Positions 12,630 through 25,763 of a stretch of 64,000 nucleotides of DNA are shown one piece after another. Source of the stretch: Histomonas meleagridis 2922-C6/04-290x (Eukaryota; Protista; Parabasalia). Location of the stretch: positions 1 through 64,000 of the forward strand of contig JAANOX010000138.1 of assembly GCA_020184695.1 (NCBI GenBank). The letters are read 5' to 3'. Made by a program: the position numbers and the translations under genes. A model generated the notes under the pieces. The model did no database searches. It worked only from the letters and a program-made list of their open reading frames with translations, and had not been told where the DNA came from. Numbering within the stretch: position 1 is the stretch's first letter; the number at the start of each line of letters is the position of its first letter.

Positions 12630-13182
12630 ATGAAAATTTATAAATTTTTATTTATATATGAAATGTGAATTGAAATATAATAAAATGAAAAACTTCGATA
12701 ATATTTATGAGGCATTTATATTCAATGATAATTTTAAAGAGAGATATATTGTTCACATTTTTTTTTAATAAGTCTTATTGAGTAATGAAAAATTTGTGAA
12801 AAGAAAAGAAATAGTGAAAAAAAAATATTACAAAAAAATATCATTTGTTTATATTGGAACAATAAATTTACAAAATTCACATCAATTAAAATAAACTAAT
12901 ATCCCTTACTTAAATACCGGTATCAATTTTCTTTTAAGGGAATTTCATGATTTTTTGAATTATTTTTTAAATGTGACATATGCGAAGTTCCAAATATTAT
13001 TTCTAATATTATGTAGTGAAATTCTTTTTTATTTTAATGGTGCTAAATCAGACAAATCGATCTCCATATATTAATGCATATTATTACATATTTTGATTAG
13101 AAAAGTCATTTATTATAACTAGCTTGAAGTATAATTCTAAAAAAGTTTTCTTATGGTTTTGGTTGACTTCTTGCTTTATTGA

Positions 13183-13878
13183 ATGATTTTTTTGGAGCTT
13201 TATGTTTATTTTTTATTCAGCCCATTGTTTTTTAATGTAAAACATACAATTTCCTATCGTTTATGGTGTGGTGAACCAATCACCTTGAAACTCCCAATCA
13301 CAATTTCGAATCGGCAAAAAGGAAACCAATTGATCAAAATACTTGCACCTGCTCAAACGGTGTGGAGTGATAGTTCTACATGCGATTATTCAATTGGTTA
13401 TAAAATTGGAATATTATTTTTATCACTAAAATTTCATCGTGAACATCCTAACTATCTAAGCGAAAGAATAGCAAACTTTAAGGGAGGCTATGCTACAAGA
13501 ATACTACTTCTTGTTGTAGATGGCAAAAATCCAGATCGTGTTATCTCAAAACTAACAGCTCAATCAATTGCAAACAACCTTAACCTTGTTTTAGCATTTA
13601 ATTTAGAGGAAGCAGGACGATGGATCTTAACAATTTACAATACACAAGAATCACAAGTTGATGAATTAAAAGCAACAAATGAAACAACATATGACATTGC
13701 AATCAATGCATTGAATGCAATTGGTGTTTCTCGGAAAGACGCTGCCTCTATGATTGATTCTTATGGTACAGTTAGTGATTGTTTACTGCAAAGCAGAGAT
13801 AGTTTGACGAAAACGAATATATTGAGCGATTTTAAAATGGAACAATTTCTAGCAGTGCTCGATGAACCATTTCAATAA
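13183..13878 (+). CDS. ERCC1: ERCC1/Rad10 DNA-repair nuclease subunit
   Basis: ISNRQKGNQLIK, DY..GILFLSLKFHREHPNYLSERI, RILLLVVD and LVLAFNLEEAGRWI match the ERCC1 central domain; HhH-like tail. Start uncertain because the first 30 or so codons look like UTR. Confidence 0.85.
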   Translation: MIFLELYVYFLFSPLFFNVKHTISYRLWCGEPITLKLPITISNRQKGNQLIKILAPAQTVWSDSSTCDYSIGYKIGILFLSLKFHREHPNYLSERIANFKGGYATRILLLVVDGKNPDRVISKLTAQSIANNLNLVLAFNLEEAGRWILTIYNTQESQVDELKATNETTYDIAINALNAIGVSRKDAASMIDSYGTVSDCLLQSRDSLTKTNILSDFKMEQFLAVLDEPFQ

Positions 13879-14429
13879 ACGTTGTTTTGTTTTGATTTAT
13901 CTATTTTTAGTTTCTATATCAATAAGACTATAAATGCTTTGGTGTATTTATTATCATATAATATTATTGATAAAATAGAATAATTTTCATCATACTCAAT
14001 CTTTTTGCATATGGCACTATTTTGATTTATTCCAAAGATTGTGAAAGTTTTAAAAATAAGATAACATTTTTTATATGAAAGATAAAGTGATCAAGTATAC
14101 CACATCACATGTCATTTCGATTTTCATACGAAATTGCTTGGACAAATAAACAGTCGAAAATATTTAAGTTAATGTTAAAAAATGAATGTTTTCGTAAAAC
14201 CATAAGGTTGTTATTAAGAAATTATGTTGGTAATGATTCTTTCAAGGAAATAAATCATATTCCAAATCCATTGATTAAATATATAGTTGTCAAAAACGCT
14301 ATTGAGTTACATTATTATGTATACCTTATTAAAAAGATTTTATGGATTTTTGAGGATTTTGTCGCTTTGGCAGAAATTATGTTAATTTTTTTTCGAATCG
14401 GCAAAAAGGAAACCAATTGGTTTCAAACT

Positions 14430-15250
14430 ACTATATGAAGTGCTGTTTCAAATTATTAAAACATATTCTAAATTATTAAAGCATATTATAAATTATTCAA
14501 ATGAATAGTTTTTGCATTAACATCAATTCCTTTTTGTTCTAAATCACATTTCACAAGTTCAATATTATCTGATTCTGAAGCAAATGGCAAAATATTTTTT
14601 GGAGGAAACATTTAACAACATATAAATTTCCATTTCTAGCTGATTCGTTTATATTATTAGCATTAATATTAATTCCTTTTTCTTCCAAAAATGCTAAAAT
14701 ATCATAATTATCTTATTTAATACAAAAACTATTTAAATCATAAGTTATATTTCCAGACATTCGATAATTTTATTTTCATAAATATATTTAAAGATATTAT
14801 TTTGATGAAATTAAATTGCTGTTCTATATGCACCTGCAAATGATGAATGATTTTGTTCACATAAATGAACTATTTCTTCATTTCCACCTGCAATTGCATA
14901 TTTACCTGTGTTATTTACATTTGCATTATTCATAAGTAAATATTTAAAACATTTAACTGAAGAAAAAAAATGCTGCATAATCAATTAATGTAACATTTTT
15001 TTTTTAATAAATGAACATCTTTCATAAAGTGATGTTTGACTAAAATCAAAGTTTGCTTATGAAGATATTTCGTGAAGTTTTTCGATTTCATCATTTCGAA
15101 TTATTTTTGAAATTTCATTTGGATTATGTCCTTCTTTAATAAGACGTTGTGCAAGACTTAATCCTCCAAAGAGATTTGTAATTATTCCGGCAATACATAA
15201 CATGACTGAACCAATTGTGTTGGCTTTGACTTGAAAATTCTTTATAATTT
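14430..15250 (-). pseudogene. DUF3447/ankyrin family pseudogene (locus D)
   Basis: Minus strand: KEGHNPNEISKIIRNDEIEKL..SLYERCSFI..NVTLIDYAAFF.SVKCFKYLL..YAIAGGNEEIVHLCEQN, with many stops and frameshifts. It ends GIDVNAKTI, a 57-nt spacer (14447-14503), then TALHIV. Confidence 0.75.
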
Positions 15251-15492
15251 AAAACCTTTTTAAAGATTTCAGTCGATTTAGATTTAAGCATTGAAGATAT
15301 CTTCATCATATGATTTTTGTATAAGAAATGTTAAAAATATTTTCGTTATACTTATAACTTTAATTGCTCAACATGAAATAAAAATTAAATTTCCACAATT
15401 CCCCTCAACGCTGAAGAAAACGCAATTAATTACGTTTCAGATTTTCTGTGGAAGAGTATTGAAAAAAGCGGTTTCTTTTTTGACACTTTTGA

Positions 15493-15864
15493 ATGTCTTG
15501 GGCTCAGTTTATTGATCTCCTTGGAACCAATGTTACAAGCGCATCTATCTTTAGGTTTGATGGTCAAGTACTAGCATCAACAGAAGGATTCTCTCTTTCG
15601 GAAGATGAATTAATGCAAATTTTTAATATTTATGATAAAGGATCTGCCTTTTTATCAGCACACATGAAGTTCCAAGGAAACGAGTATTCTATCCTTAAAG
15701 CTGATAGCGAGAACCTCCAAATGCGTTTTCATTCATATGGATTAATGATGTCAAGATGCAAAACTTGCTTTGTATTTGCTTACCACAATGATAGAATTCA
15801 ACCACAAAATTGTTACAAAGCTGTCGTTGAAGTTGCTGACATCCTCCGCTCCTATGGTTATTAA
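15493..15864 (+). CDS. Profilin
   Basis: 123 aa, MSW start, DGQVLAST, KFQGNEYSILKAD and C-terminal VADILRSYGY. Confidence 0.9.
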   Translation: MSWAQFIDLLGTNVTSASIFRFDGQVLASTEGFSLSEDELMQIFNIYDKGSAFLSAHMKFQGNEYSILKADSENLQMRFHSYGLMMSRCKTCFVFAYHNDRIQPQNCYKAVVEVADILRSYGY

Positions 15865-16345
15865 ATTCCCAATAAATTAACGTTAATTTATTCTTTCTCT
15901 TTTTTTAAAGGTGTGTGCTATTTGTTTTTGCTAACATCTTCATATATCACTTTGATGAATCATCATAAATTATTTGTTATAAAATTATTGCTTAATTTCC
16001 AAGAACCAACCACTTAAATACATGGTATTGATACAGTTTTTCGTTGATATATTTGTGTGTGTAAAAGATATTTCGAAAAAGCATTTAATCAGCTTTCAAT
16101 AAAGGAAACGGTCTTTCGGCAATCGAAACATGAAAACAAATCCGAATGAGTTCCAAGATATATTATCATTATAAGCAAGTTTTACATCATATGATAAAGC
16201 TCATTTTGTCTATTGATCACAACAATTAAATCTAAATCAAATTACAAAAAGAATTTAATTGATATTTTTACATGGATATAAATTTATCATTTCGTACAAA
16301 AACATCATAAAATTTCTGATTATTTTTCATACATATTCAAATAAT

Positions 16346-17767
16346 TTATTCTATTTCAGTGGGAATGTTCGTTATATCAGGATCTATCTCTGTAGCCTTC
16401 AGATCCGTTTTATGTTCTACCTTCAAATCTCCATCTGTTCCATTCACGTTATTATTTTCGTTATTCTCAATATCCATTGCAGCGTATGAAAATCCCGGAA
16501 AATTCGAAGATGATTGTTCGACTGCAGATGCGATAGAATCTGCGGCCGGTTCTTCCGTAAATTCGGAATCGAAGTTATTTGGCACCTTATCTTTCACGTC
16601 AGGGATGAATGCCGGTTTTATTTTTTTCGCCATTACATCATCAAAATTCAAACCATTCCAAAACGGATGATTTTTAAGTTGGGAGAATCCTGATCTTTTC
16701 TTAGGATCCTTTGTCAGTAGTTTATTAATGAAATCGGAAACTTTCGGATCAGTATCAGGAGGATAAGGAGGGCTATCGTTCGTTATTGCTTGGAACATTC
16801 TCGAGCGGTTACGGTTAAAAAATGGGGTCACCCCAAAAAGTAATTCATAAGTTAATATCCCAAGCGCCCACCAATCGATCATATATGAGTATGGCTCGCG
16901 TTTGATAATCTCGGGGGCAATGTATTCGGTTGTCCCGCAAAATGATGACGTTACTTCGAGGTAACTAAGGTCTTTTGAGAGCCCAAAATCGGTTAATTTG
17001 ATGTGACCGTCAGCGCCAAGAAGAATGTTCTCAGTTTTAAGGTCACGGTAAATGACACCAATGCTGTGAAGGTAATCAAGGGCAAGAGCAATCTCAGCAA
17101 TATATAAAATTGCCATTTGATGTGTAAGTTTTCCATTCTCTCGAATATGTCGAAATAATTCACCACCTGGAACATATTCCATAACAAGATAAAATTTGGT
17201 GTCGGTTTGAAAGGCATATTTGAGTTGAACAATAAAGGGATTATTGGCACGAACTAGAATGTTTCGTTCATTTAAAATCGTATGAACTTTTCGACTGGAA
17301 ATAAGTCGGGATTTGTGCACTGTTTTGATTGCATAAAGATTGCCATCGGATTTCATTTCAACAAGCATGACTTTTCCATAAAAACCTCGTCCAATAACTG
17401 ATATAATGTTGAAGGAATCCATACTAAGCTTGACTTGATTCTGAAAGGTGGCTGAACGAAGAGCAACAACCCATGCCATAACATCATCTGGAGTTTCGGC
17501 TGCTAAACAAACATCGCTTTCACCTTCATTTGAAATAACAAATCGAGGGACTTTTTCGTTTTCGTAAACATGAACAAGTGTAGTTGGTTTGATTTTGATC
17601 TGGAGTTCTGGTTTTGGAGATGTTTTGTTTTTTTTGATGGAGAAAACTTTATTCTTTAATTCGCCATAACAAGTCTGGTACATACCAAAAAAGAACCCCT
17701 TTCGTTTTAGAGAGCCGCTGAAATAATCTGGTGAGGCGTTGTTATTTTCATTCGGAAGATTACTCAT
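16346..17767 (-). CDS. PH-domain AGC kinase (Akt/PKB-like)
   Basis: N-terminal PH-like region ending WVVAL; GRGFYGKV, YAIK, YRDLKTEN, DFG, SFCGTTEYIAPE; hydrophobic motif FPGFSY. Confidence 0.95.
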   Translation of the reverse strand: MSNLPNENNNASPDYFSGSLKRKGFFFGMYQTCYGELKNKVFSIKKNKTSPKPELQIKIKPTTLVHVYENEKVPRFVISNEGESDVCLAAETPDDVMAWVVALRSATFQNQVKLSMDSFNIISVIGRGFYGKVMLVEMKSDGNLYAIKTVHKSRLISSRKVHTILNERNILVRANNPFIVQLKYAFQTDTKFYLVMEYVPGGELFRHIRENGKLTHQMAILYIAEIALALDYLHSIGVIYRDLKTENILLGADGHIKLTDFGLSKDLSYLEVTSSFCGTTEYIAPEIIKREPYSYMIDWWALGILTYELLFGVTPFFNRNRSRMFQAITNDSPPYPPDTDPKVSDFINKLLTKDPKKRSGFSQLKNHPFWNGLNFDDVMAKKIKPAFIPDVKDKVPNNFDSEFTEEPAADSIASAVEQSSSNFPGFSYAAMDIENNENNNVNGTDGDLKVEHKTDLKATEIDPDITNIPTEIE

Positions 17768-18369
17768 TGATCCAGCCTTAATTATGACATGTTATCTGAA
17801 AATAAGAAAAATTTCCGCTTCAAACCTCATCGAATCAAGCAGTAAATGAAAAAACAACTATAAATTATATTTACATACTCATTTGTTTTGTTTTAGAATA
17901 AATTATATTGTGATAAATATGGAGAAGAAAGAAATATTTTCGTTTGAACAAAACCCCACACAGCCCACTTTTTGATAGGTATATTCGTTTCAAATGAATT
18001 TTTTCGAGCTGTCAATGCGGCAGTTACCTCATTAAAATGAAATTTCAATACAGAATAATCGAACAAAGCAGGTCAATATAAAAAATTCAAGGGCAAATAC
18101 ACCTGTATCATCTTAAACGGAGGGAACTATTTAACGTGAAAGAAGTTAATATACTATTTTATTTTAGTGAGTAAAGTTTAAATTTGAAACATATTTGAGA
18201 TTCGAAATCTCGGATATTCGTATATTAATATGTTAGTTGAATCAGGTTTGGTGTATAAATTAAATTTGGTTATATTACTAGGACCTGGATTTTATCTTCA
18301 TTTAAATATTTTTTTCATGAATATATGTATTTATATATATATATATTTTTCTGTACAAAATTGTGCATT

Positions 18370-20620
18370 ACGGTCAAAAAGTGCATTAATCTACAAATGT
18401 ATTTCATATGATAATTATAAAATTTTTTAATTATTCTTATCAAAAACAAGGGGATTAAAAAATAATGTTATTATTAAATCAATTGAAACAGGAAATATTT
18501 CCTTGAGATAAATCGGATTTCGATTAATTTCTCACAAATTTCATCTCTATCTGGAAATAAAGAACTTTTTAGTTTCCTATTAAAGGAGAAATATATTAAA
18601 AATAAAAATGAAATTTTTTAATAATTTTTATTAAATTTTAATAAATTTTTTGAAAATTTCTTGAAAACATTTGGAATTTATTCAAAAAATTTAAAGCTCC
18701 ATTTCTAAATGCAGCTAGAAATGGCCATTTTGATATCGTGAAATTTATACTTGATCAAGAATTAATTAATAACAAGCATAAAATCGAATTAATCAATTCA
18801 GCACTTATTCAAGCATCTGGCAAAGGTTATATAAATATAGTAAAATTACTTCATAAACAAGAAGGAATTAATATTAATGCTAAAGATATTTTTTTGTTTT
18901 AAATAAAATTTATTTTAACATTTTGATATTTCAATGTAATATTTGGAATTTATAACAATTATTTAATGCAGCTCTTTTGTTGGCATTGAATAGCAAACAC
19001 ATAGATGTATCCAAATTACTTCTTGAACAAGAAAGAATTGATATTAATGCAAAAGATATTTATTTGTTTTTTTTTAAAATTTATTATGATAATTTGATAT
19101 TTCAAAATAATATTTGGGAATCATTTAAATTATTTAACCCTGCAATTTTTCTAGCTTATCAAACAGGTAATACTGATATAATAAAATTAGTTATGCAGCA
19201 TAAAGGTATTGATCTTAATGACAAAGTTAATAATAATTTGTTTTATTTAAAATTTAGTTCAATAATAATTTTTTGTTTCATATCCATATTTGATAATTAT
19301 TTAAAATATTTTTCACCCCAATTGTGTGGATGGCTATGTCAGGTTATATCGAAATCATTCAATTACTTCTTGAACATAAAGAAGTTAATATAAATGACAA
19401 TAATATTCTATTGTTTTACATAACAAAATATAATATGTTAATTTATCATTTCAAAATAATTATTGGAATTTTTTCAATTGATTGTTCACTCCACTTATGG
19501 CGGCTTCTCTGGTTGGTGCCATAGATTCAATTAAATTTTTACTTCAACAAAAAGGAATTGATATTAATATGAAAGATATTTAAATGTTTTACTTAAAATT
19601 TATTTCAAGTGTTTATTGTATCAAAAAAATATTCCGAAATTATATAAAATTTTCTGTTTCACAGCACTTATGACAGCATCTAAGTATAATAATGTAGATG
19701 TTGTAAATTTACTTCTTGAACAAAAACTTATTGATTACGATGCTAAAGATATTCAACCATATATAGTTGAATTCCTTTTACAAAAGGATGGAATTAATGT
19801 TAATGTTGCTGATATTTATTTGTTTTATTTATAATTTATTTCAATAATTTGAAATTCCAAATTTCTATTTGAAAATTATTAAAAATATTTCAAACACCAT
19901 TTTTTTATGCTATATAAAATGGTTTCGATGATATAGTTAAATTACTTTTTGAAAAAGGAACTATTTGTCTTGATGCTAAAAATAATTATTTGTTTTATTT
20001 GGAGTATATTTTAATAATTTTTTGTATCAACAAAATATTTGGAAATTATATAAAATATTTGAGACAAAACTTTTGATAGCATCTTATAAAGGTTAACATA
20101 AAATCGTTGAATATCTTCTTGAACAAAAAGGAAATGATCTCAATTCCAAAAATGCTTGTTTGAAATATTTGATCTTTCTTTTAAATCTTTGTTTTAAAAA
20201 AACATTCGAAATTATTTAAAATATTTATGACGCCACTTATGTTTGCAGCTAGAAATGGTCATACAGAAGTAGTTAGATCATTCAATTTCTCCTTGAACAA
20301 AAAGGAGTTAATGTTAATACTAAAGATATTTTTTGGTTTTGTTTAATATTTATTTTAATAATTTTATATTTCAAAATAATATTTGGAATTTCTTTAGAAA
20401 CATATAATACAGCACTTATTTTGGCAACTTCACATATTCACTTAGAAGTTGTTAAATTACTTATTGCACATAAAGGAATTGATCTAAATGTTAAAAATAT
20501 TTCTAAATTTTGTTTAATATTGATTTCATTTTTTCAAGATATCAAAATAATTCTTAAAAATTATTCAAATATTTTAAAAAAGCAATTAGTATAGCAAAAA
20601 TAAATGATAAGAAATTTTAC
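18370..20620 (+). pseudogene. Spacer-interrupted ankyrin array, locus A (about 13 repeats, degenerate, DUF3447 head missing)
   Basis: Repeated TAL/TPL..G..EIVKLLLEQ.GIDINAKDI modules separated by 73-80 nt AT-rich spacers. Some modules carry stops, a deletion (about 19755) and an insertion (about 20275). Confidence 0.7.
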
Positions 20621-21212
20621 GTCGGTTACGCTTATCTAATATTGAAATTATTACAAGAAGCTTTAAAACACTAATTATGATTGAAGCTTTACGTTAACAT
20701 AATATTGATAATCTCTAAAAATTACAATAACGTTGTATCATGTTATTTCGAAATAATTTACTGTTATTTCTAAATGCAGTATATATCAAAATGAATAAAT
20801 AAGTTCTTTATAAAAAAAATTATATTTTATTTATCAAAATATTTAAAAATATTAGACGAATCAAGTAATTACATTACTTTTTACTATAATGAGCAACAAG
20901 AAGAAAAAGGCGCACTTTTAAGAGTTCCTCAAACTGGGAAATAAACATATCCTGGTGAATTTTTTGATTTTTATTAGATCCCTATCAACACATGAATAAA
21001 AATCTGCTTTCAAATTGGGAAAAAAAATATCCGGATCAAAATCGAAATTTCTAAATCGATTTTTTCCTATTTTTTTTTGGTGACCAATCTTTATTATTTT
21101 TGATGTAAATTATATTTTATAAATGGTAATTCATAAAATTAAAAGCATAATTTTTTTTCATTCAATTTTTTGCATTTTTTTCTCACTTTTTTTTAAAATC
21201 TTAGTAAAAAAT

Positions 21213-21235
21213 TATATGAAGTGGCGGTGATCTTT
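21213..21235 (+). repeat. Left arm of inverted repeat flanking the transposase
   Basis: TATATGAAGTGGCGGTGATCTTT matches the reverse complement of 24343-24365 at 19 of 23 positions. Confidence 0.7.
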
Positions 21236-21950
21236 TTTTTCTAGCTATAATAAAAATACATCATGAATATTAATTTATATATATATATATTTCGATAATT
21301 TTGATTATTTATTAGAATATTTATATTTTTAATATCAAAAAGTGCTCGAAAATCGGTTTTTTCAAATTTTTTTTTTATGTGATGATTTTAAATAGAAATT
21401 TTTTTGATTAAAAATGTTTTATTTTGTTTCACGAATGTATTGTTTGAAGGAAATTAAATTTTAATTTTCCGAATTAATAATTTAGAAATGATGTCAAAAG
21501 TAAATAAATCATAAATTTTAAATGTGTAAAATAATTTATGATCGATTTGCTGTCTTTCCACATATATGGTTTTTTATAATATACATTTTTGATGAAAAAA
21601 AAAATAATTTTTTAATTTTTTTGATTAAAAAAATGGGTGCTTTTTTCTCATTTTTTTAATGATAAAAAAAATCGTGCAATAGTTTTTTAATGGGACCCGA
21701 CTAACTATGAAGTTTAGGATTTATTTATTTATAATCGAACCTATCTCAGGATTTGGACTGCTGAATTTTTTTTTATGTGCAATTCTTTTTGGGGTGTTTC
21801 CCAAAAAAATAAATTGAATACTTTACAAAACGTGGCCGGAAGCTTTTTGAATAAAAATTTTTACTGATTTGAATGCATCTAGTTGTTTTTCATTTAATGC
21901 CATTGAAATTCTGAGAAAATTTTTCGTTCACATCATTTTTATTTTTTATC

Positions 21951-24161
21951 ATGGAAAAATCAAGACAAGTTTTGCAATTAGCGAGAGAAAGACAAAAGCG
22001 GATCAAGGCAGAAAGACAAGCACGTATTTATAGAAGACTTTATGAAGCGAAAAGTGTTAAATGTGTTTCAAACATAGAAAGAAATGAAGATATTAATTCA
22101 GAAAATGAAGAATATGATGAAATTATTAATTCAATATTGAGAAACCTTGGAGTTCACCCAAATGCAAGAAGATATGATGAAAAAATTTATCAATTAGCAT
22201 CCAATATTAATTCGATTTCGCCACAAGCTTTACGTTATATTAGATCTTTTATTCCATTACCTTCTTATACATCAATACATAATCATTTAGCAGATTTAAT
22301 CAATGAACGTTTCGAGTCTTTGATTGATATTAATCAAATAGATGGAATCATAAATGATTATAAACACAATCAAATTAATATTTTTCGTTCAGCTCCAATG
22401 GATTGTATTTTAAGTATTGACGCAATATCATTTTTGCCCGATGTGACTATAACAAAAGATAATGAAATTATTGGTTTAAAAAAAGTGGTTTTACAAAATA
22501 TTGAAAATCCTTATCAATTTTTCTGCGAAAATGCACAACAATGGATAAATTCTTTAATGATAAATTGGAATCAAATAGAAAATTATGCCTTTGTTTATTA
22601 CATTCAACCTATAAATCCAGATTATTCGTGCTCAATAATTTATTTTTCTCCTTCACCCCAGGGGGAAGCAACGAATATTCAATGTGAAACACTCGAAACA
22701 TTACGTAATAAATTAAATAATCATAAAATATATGTTCTTGGATTTGCCTTTGATGGTGATAATTGCTATGATTCTTATCATAATTCGTTCTTTGGTCAAT
22801 ATGAATGTGTTGCTGAACATTACACGACTTCAATTGTTGGAATCGCAAAAAGAGTTTTTTTTCGATATATATATTAGTGATCCCCTTTATATACTCAAAC
22901 GTGCAAGATATCGTTTACTTAAAGACATACCATTAACTATTGAATTTAATCGAAATTCACCAATCATTGACATTTCCAAAATACGGGAAAATTTAAATTT
23001 ATTACCGTTTGTAATTAATAACTCTAAAATCACAAAAATGCACGATATTCTTTACATTTTCTCATTTTCTATTAACAATACTTTAATGCTATATGAGAAA
23101 CATAATTTTTCAGCATTATTATATTTCTTACCATGATCTTTGTTTATAGAAGCAATGTCTAATGACAATATAAATTCAAGCGAAAAAATTTCGCTATTTG
23201 AAATCATTTTTTTTTAATGTTTATATATTATAAATTTATGAAAAAAACAAAATTAGACACAGGAATTAAACAAAGAAAAATGAGAAATATTGTTGCTTTA
23301 ACACTTTTTGATGAGAAATTATGTATTCATTGTCGTAATACAATTCATTTATTTGTTACATTACTTTTAAAAGATATGAATGCCAAAAAAAGCTTAAATA
23401 GATTTACGTCAAATCCTCTTGAACATCAATTTGAATGTTTAAGAATAAAAATGGGTATGTTCAAAACCCTAAGATCAGCATTAAAAAGAATATCAACTGA
23501 TCAAATAATAGCTGACATAACAGACCAAGAATTACAACCTTTAAAGGTTTCTAAAAGAGCATCATCATTTGGAATTACAATTTCAAACAATTAATACGAT
23601 AAATCATTATTTCCATATGATGGAAGGACAATTGCTTATTCACTATTAATTGAAGCAGGATTCATAGTAGAAAAACCTATTGTTAATTTAGAAAATTTTG
23701 ATATCATTATTAGTAATCATTCTAAAATCGTGGAAGGATTTTTTCAAATATTATTTGATACATTTTATTTTAGTACAAAAAGAATAATGAATTCCTTGAG
23801 TATTAATGCAGTTACCTTGTCTGTTCAGACAGGTTTAAATGGTAGAAATCTTACACAATCCAAAGTATCAATGGATAAGATATGCTTTATCGAAGATTCT
23901 CAATGATTAAAGATAAGAAGGAAATATCCTCCAATTAATGAAGAAATAATAATTGATGTAAAGAAATTATTTGGAAATAAGTTATTATGTAGTACTCTGA
24001 AGGATATCATCGTAAATTGTTCTGAATACTATCAAATTCCATTTTCCAAATATGATACAAAAACAAAGCAAAATATGCTCGAATGGATCCAGAAATATTA
24101 TGATAACATTAAAGAAACAATAGCAGTAATATCAGTTAACTTAAGAGATTTAAATATTTAA
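21951..24161 (+). pseudogene. P-element-like (RNase H fold) transposase pseudogene
   Basis: Joined frames give YIRSFIPLPSYTSI, LSIDAISF (first Asp), FAFDGD (second Asp), SDPLYILKRARYRL (cf. D.PH..K..RN), KMHD and RFTSNPLEHQFECLR (cf. QD.LE.FFG.IR). Frameshifts near 22870 and 23215; stops at 23134 and 23592. Confidence 0.72.
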
Positions 24162-24342
24162 GTAGACACCCAAAAATTCGAATAAAAAAATAAAAAAATA
24201 AATAAAGAAAAAATCACTTCACATTATTTTTTTCACTTAATCAAAATTTCAATCATTCATAAAAATCCATGCAAAAAATATTTTTATTTAACAATCACAG
24301 TTTTTTAAATAACAAATCATATATTTTTATTCATAAATAAAT

Positions 24343-24365
24343 AAAGACCACCGCCATCTTATATA
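24343..24365 (-). repeat. Right arm of inverted repeat flanking the transposase
   Basis: Reverse complement is TATATAAGATGGCGGTGGTCTTT, 19/23 identical to 21213-21235. Confidence 0.7.
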
Positions 24366-24712
24366 AAAAGTTGCACTCGATTTATTATCGACTAAGTTGA
24401 TTTTTTCATATATTTTCACTTTTTCTCAAAATTTTTAATGAAAATGATAAAGGATAATAGTTTAGAAAATAAACACATATAATATACAACATTACTATAT
24501 AGAAAATAATCCAAAATTCCATAAAAAGTATGGTCGAAATCAGATCGAATTTCGAAAGATTGTACAGTCGAAATTTCGAAAAGAGGGTATTTTTGTAATC
24601 TCCTCCCAATGTTATCCTTAACATAAAATTATCGTTGAAAAAATATTGCAGGATTTTGAGTTTTGGTACCTCTCACTTTTATATTCAAAACATCATTAAA
24701 CGGCTTTTCTAG

Positions 24713-25651
24713 ATGGAACCAAAAATTTCAGAAGAAACAAAAATTAAAATCATAAATGGTGTATTAGGGTATGGTTTGCCATATTGTCAAGTATTTGTAC
24801 CTGGGCTTGAAAAATTCACACAAAAACAAATTGAAGATATATTCAACGATTTACTCATCAATGGATTTCCAAATGAAATGCAAGGGAGGGTTGATGTTCC
24901 TCCATTTTCTGTAGAAGAAGATTTTGCATTGTTGCTTTATTCGCAATCAAATGAATTTGATTCAGTTGAAGCTTTTGCAAAGGCAAACCCAAATGTTTTT
25001 AAGCAATTCCGCACAAGGGCATCTCTTCGCAAAAGAGTTGCAGCCATTAAACAAATGAATCCAAAAGAAACAAAAACCATAATTAAAAAATACGCAAAAC
25101 AATGTGTAATCAATGATATGCAACTTCACTCCAAAAAAGCTAAAAATGTTTCATCCAATGTGCATCTTTTAACAACTTCAACATGTCCATTTAATAATGT
25201 AAACAGAACTATAATTAACAAACGAATAGACCCGGAAATTTCATCTCTAACAAAATCACTTCCTTTTTTGACCATGGGGATTTTTGAGGAAAATGATCTT
25301 GCAATTTTGATGACAGAAAGATTACGTTTTCATATGAAAAGTTGTTACATTACAATAGGTAGGTCATCTCAGTGTGACTGCGTTAATGTTAATCTTTCTT
25401 TTTGTGAACCAAATGTTTGCAATCATGTTTCTAGAGTTCATGCAATTCTTCATTTTATGCCAGATTGTAACTTCTACTTAGAAAACATAGGAAAGACCAT
25501 TTTCAGAGTAAATGGAGTCATTATTAATCCAAAGGGAATTACAAAATTGGCTGATGCTTCTTTGATTGATTTCAGTGAAGTTCTTCTGATTTTTTTTGTT
25601 AATAATACACTCATTGAAAAAATAACAAATGAGCTAAAATCGAATGAATAA
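24713..25651 (+). CDS. C-terminal FHA-domain protein, MCRS1/microspherule-like
   Basis: ITIGRSS..VSRVHAIL..FYLENIGK..RVNG FHA motif at the C-terminus, preceded by a Myb-like PFSVEEDFALL segment. Confidence 0.75.
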   Translation: MEPKISEETKIKIINGVLGYGLPYCQVFVPGLEKFTQKQIEDIFNDLLINGFPNEMQGRVDVPPFSVEEDFALLLYSQSNEFDSVEAFAKANPNVFKQFRTRASLRKRVAAIKQMNPKETKTIIKKYAKQCVINDMQLHSKKAKNVSSNVHLLTTSTCPFNNVNRTIINKRIDPEISSLTKSLPFLTMGIFEENDLAILMTERLRFHMKSCYITIGRSSQCDCVNVNLSFCEPNVCNHVSRVHAILHFMPDCNFYLENIGKTIFRVNGVIINPKGITKLADASLIDFSEVLLIFFVNNTLIEKITNELKSNE

Positions 25652-25763
25652 AAACTATGTAAAGTAAAAAAATGTTTTTTTTTTTTTTTTAAATTTAGAA
25701 TCTCATCAAAAAACGTTAAAATTAAACGGTCTCTATATGAATATAGAATTTATTCAAAGATAA

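Larger units (their letters stand above)
21000..24615 (+). mobile_element. Decayed P-element/THAP9-like DNA transposon
   Basis: Disrupted transposase flanked by gene-free AT-rich arms carrying an inverted repeat (21213-21235 / 24343-24365) and TCGAAATTTC motifs near both outer ends. Outer limits approximate; no TSD found. Confidence 0.6.

Noticed and set aside
13183-13290. Possible intron or non-AUG start at the ERCC1 5' end
   Set aside because: The N-terminal 30 codons look UTR-like, but no splice signals or better ATG exist; left as an uncertain start.
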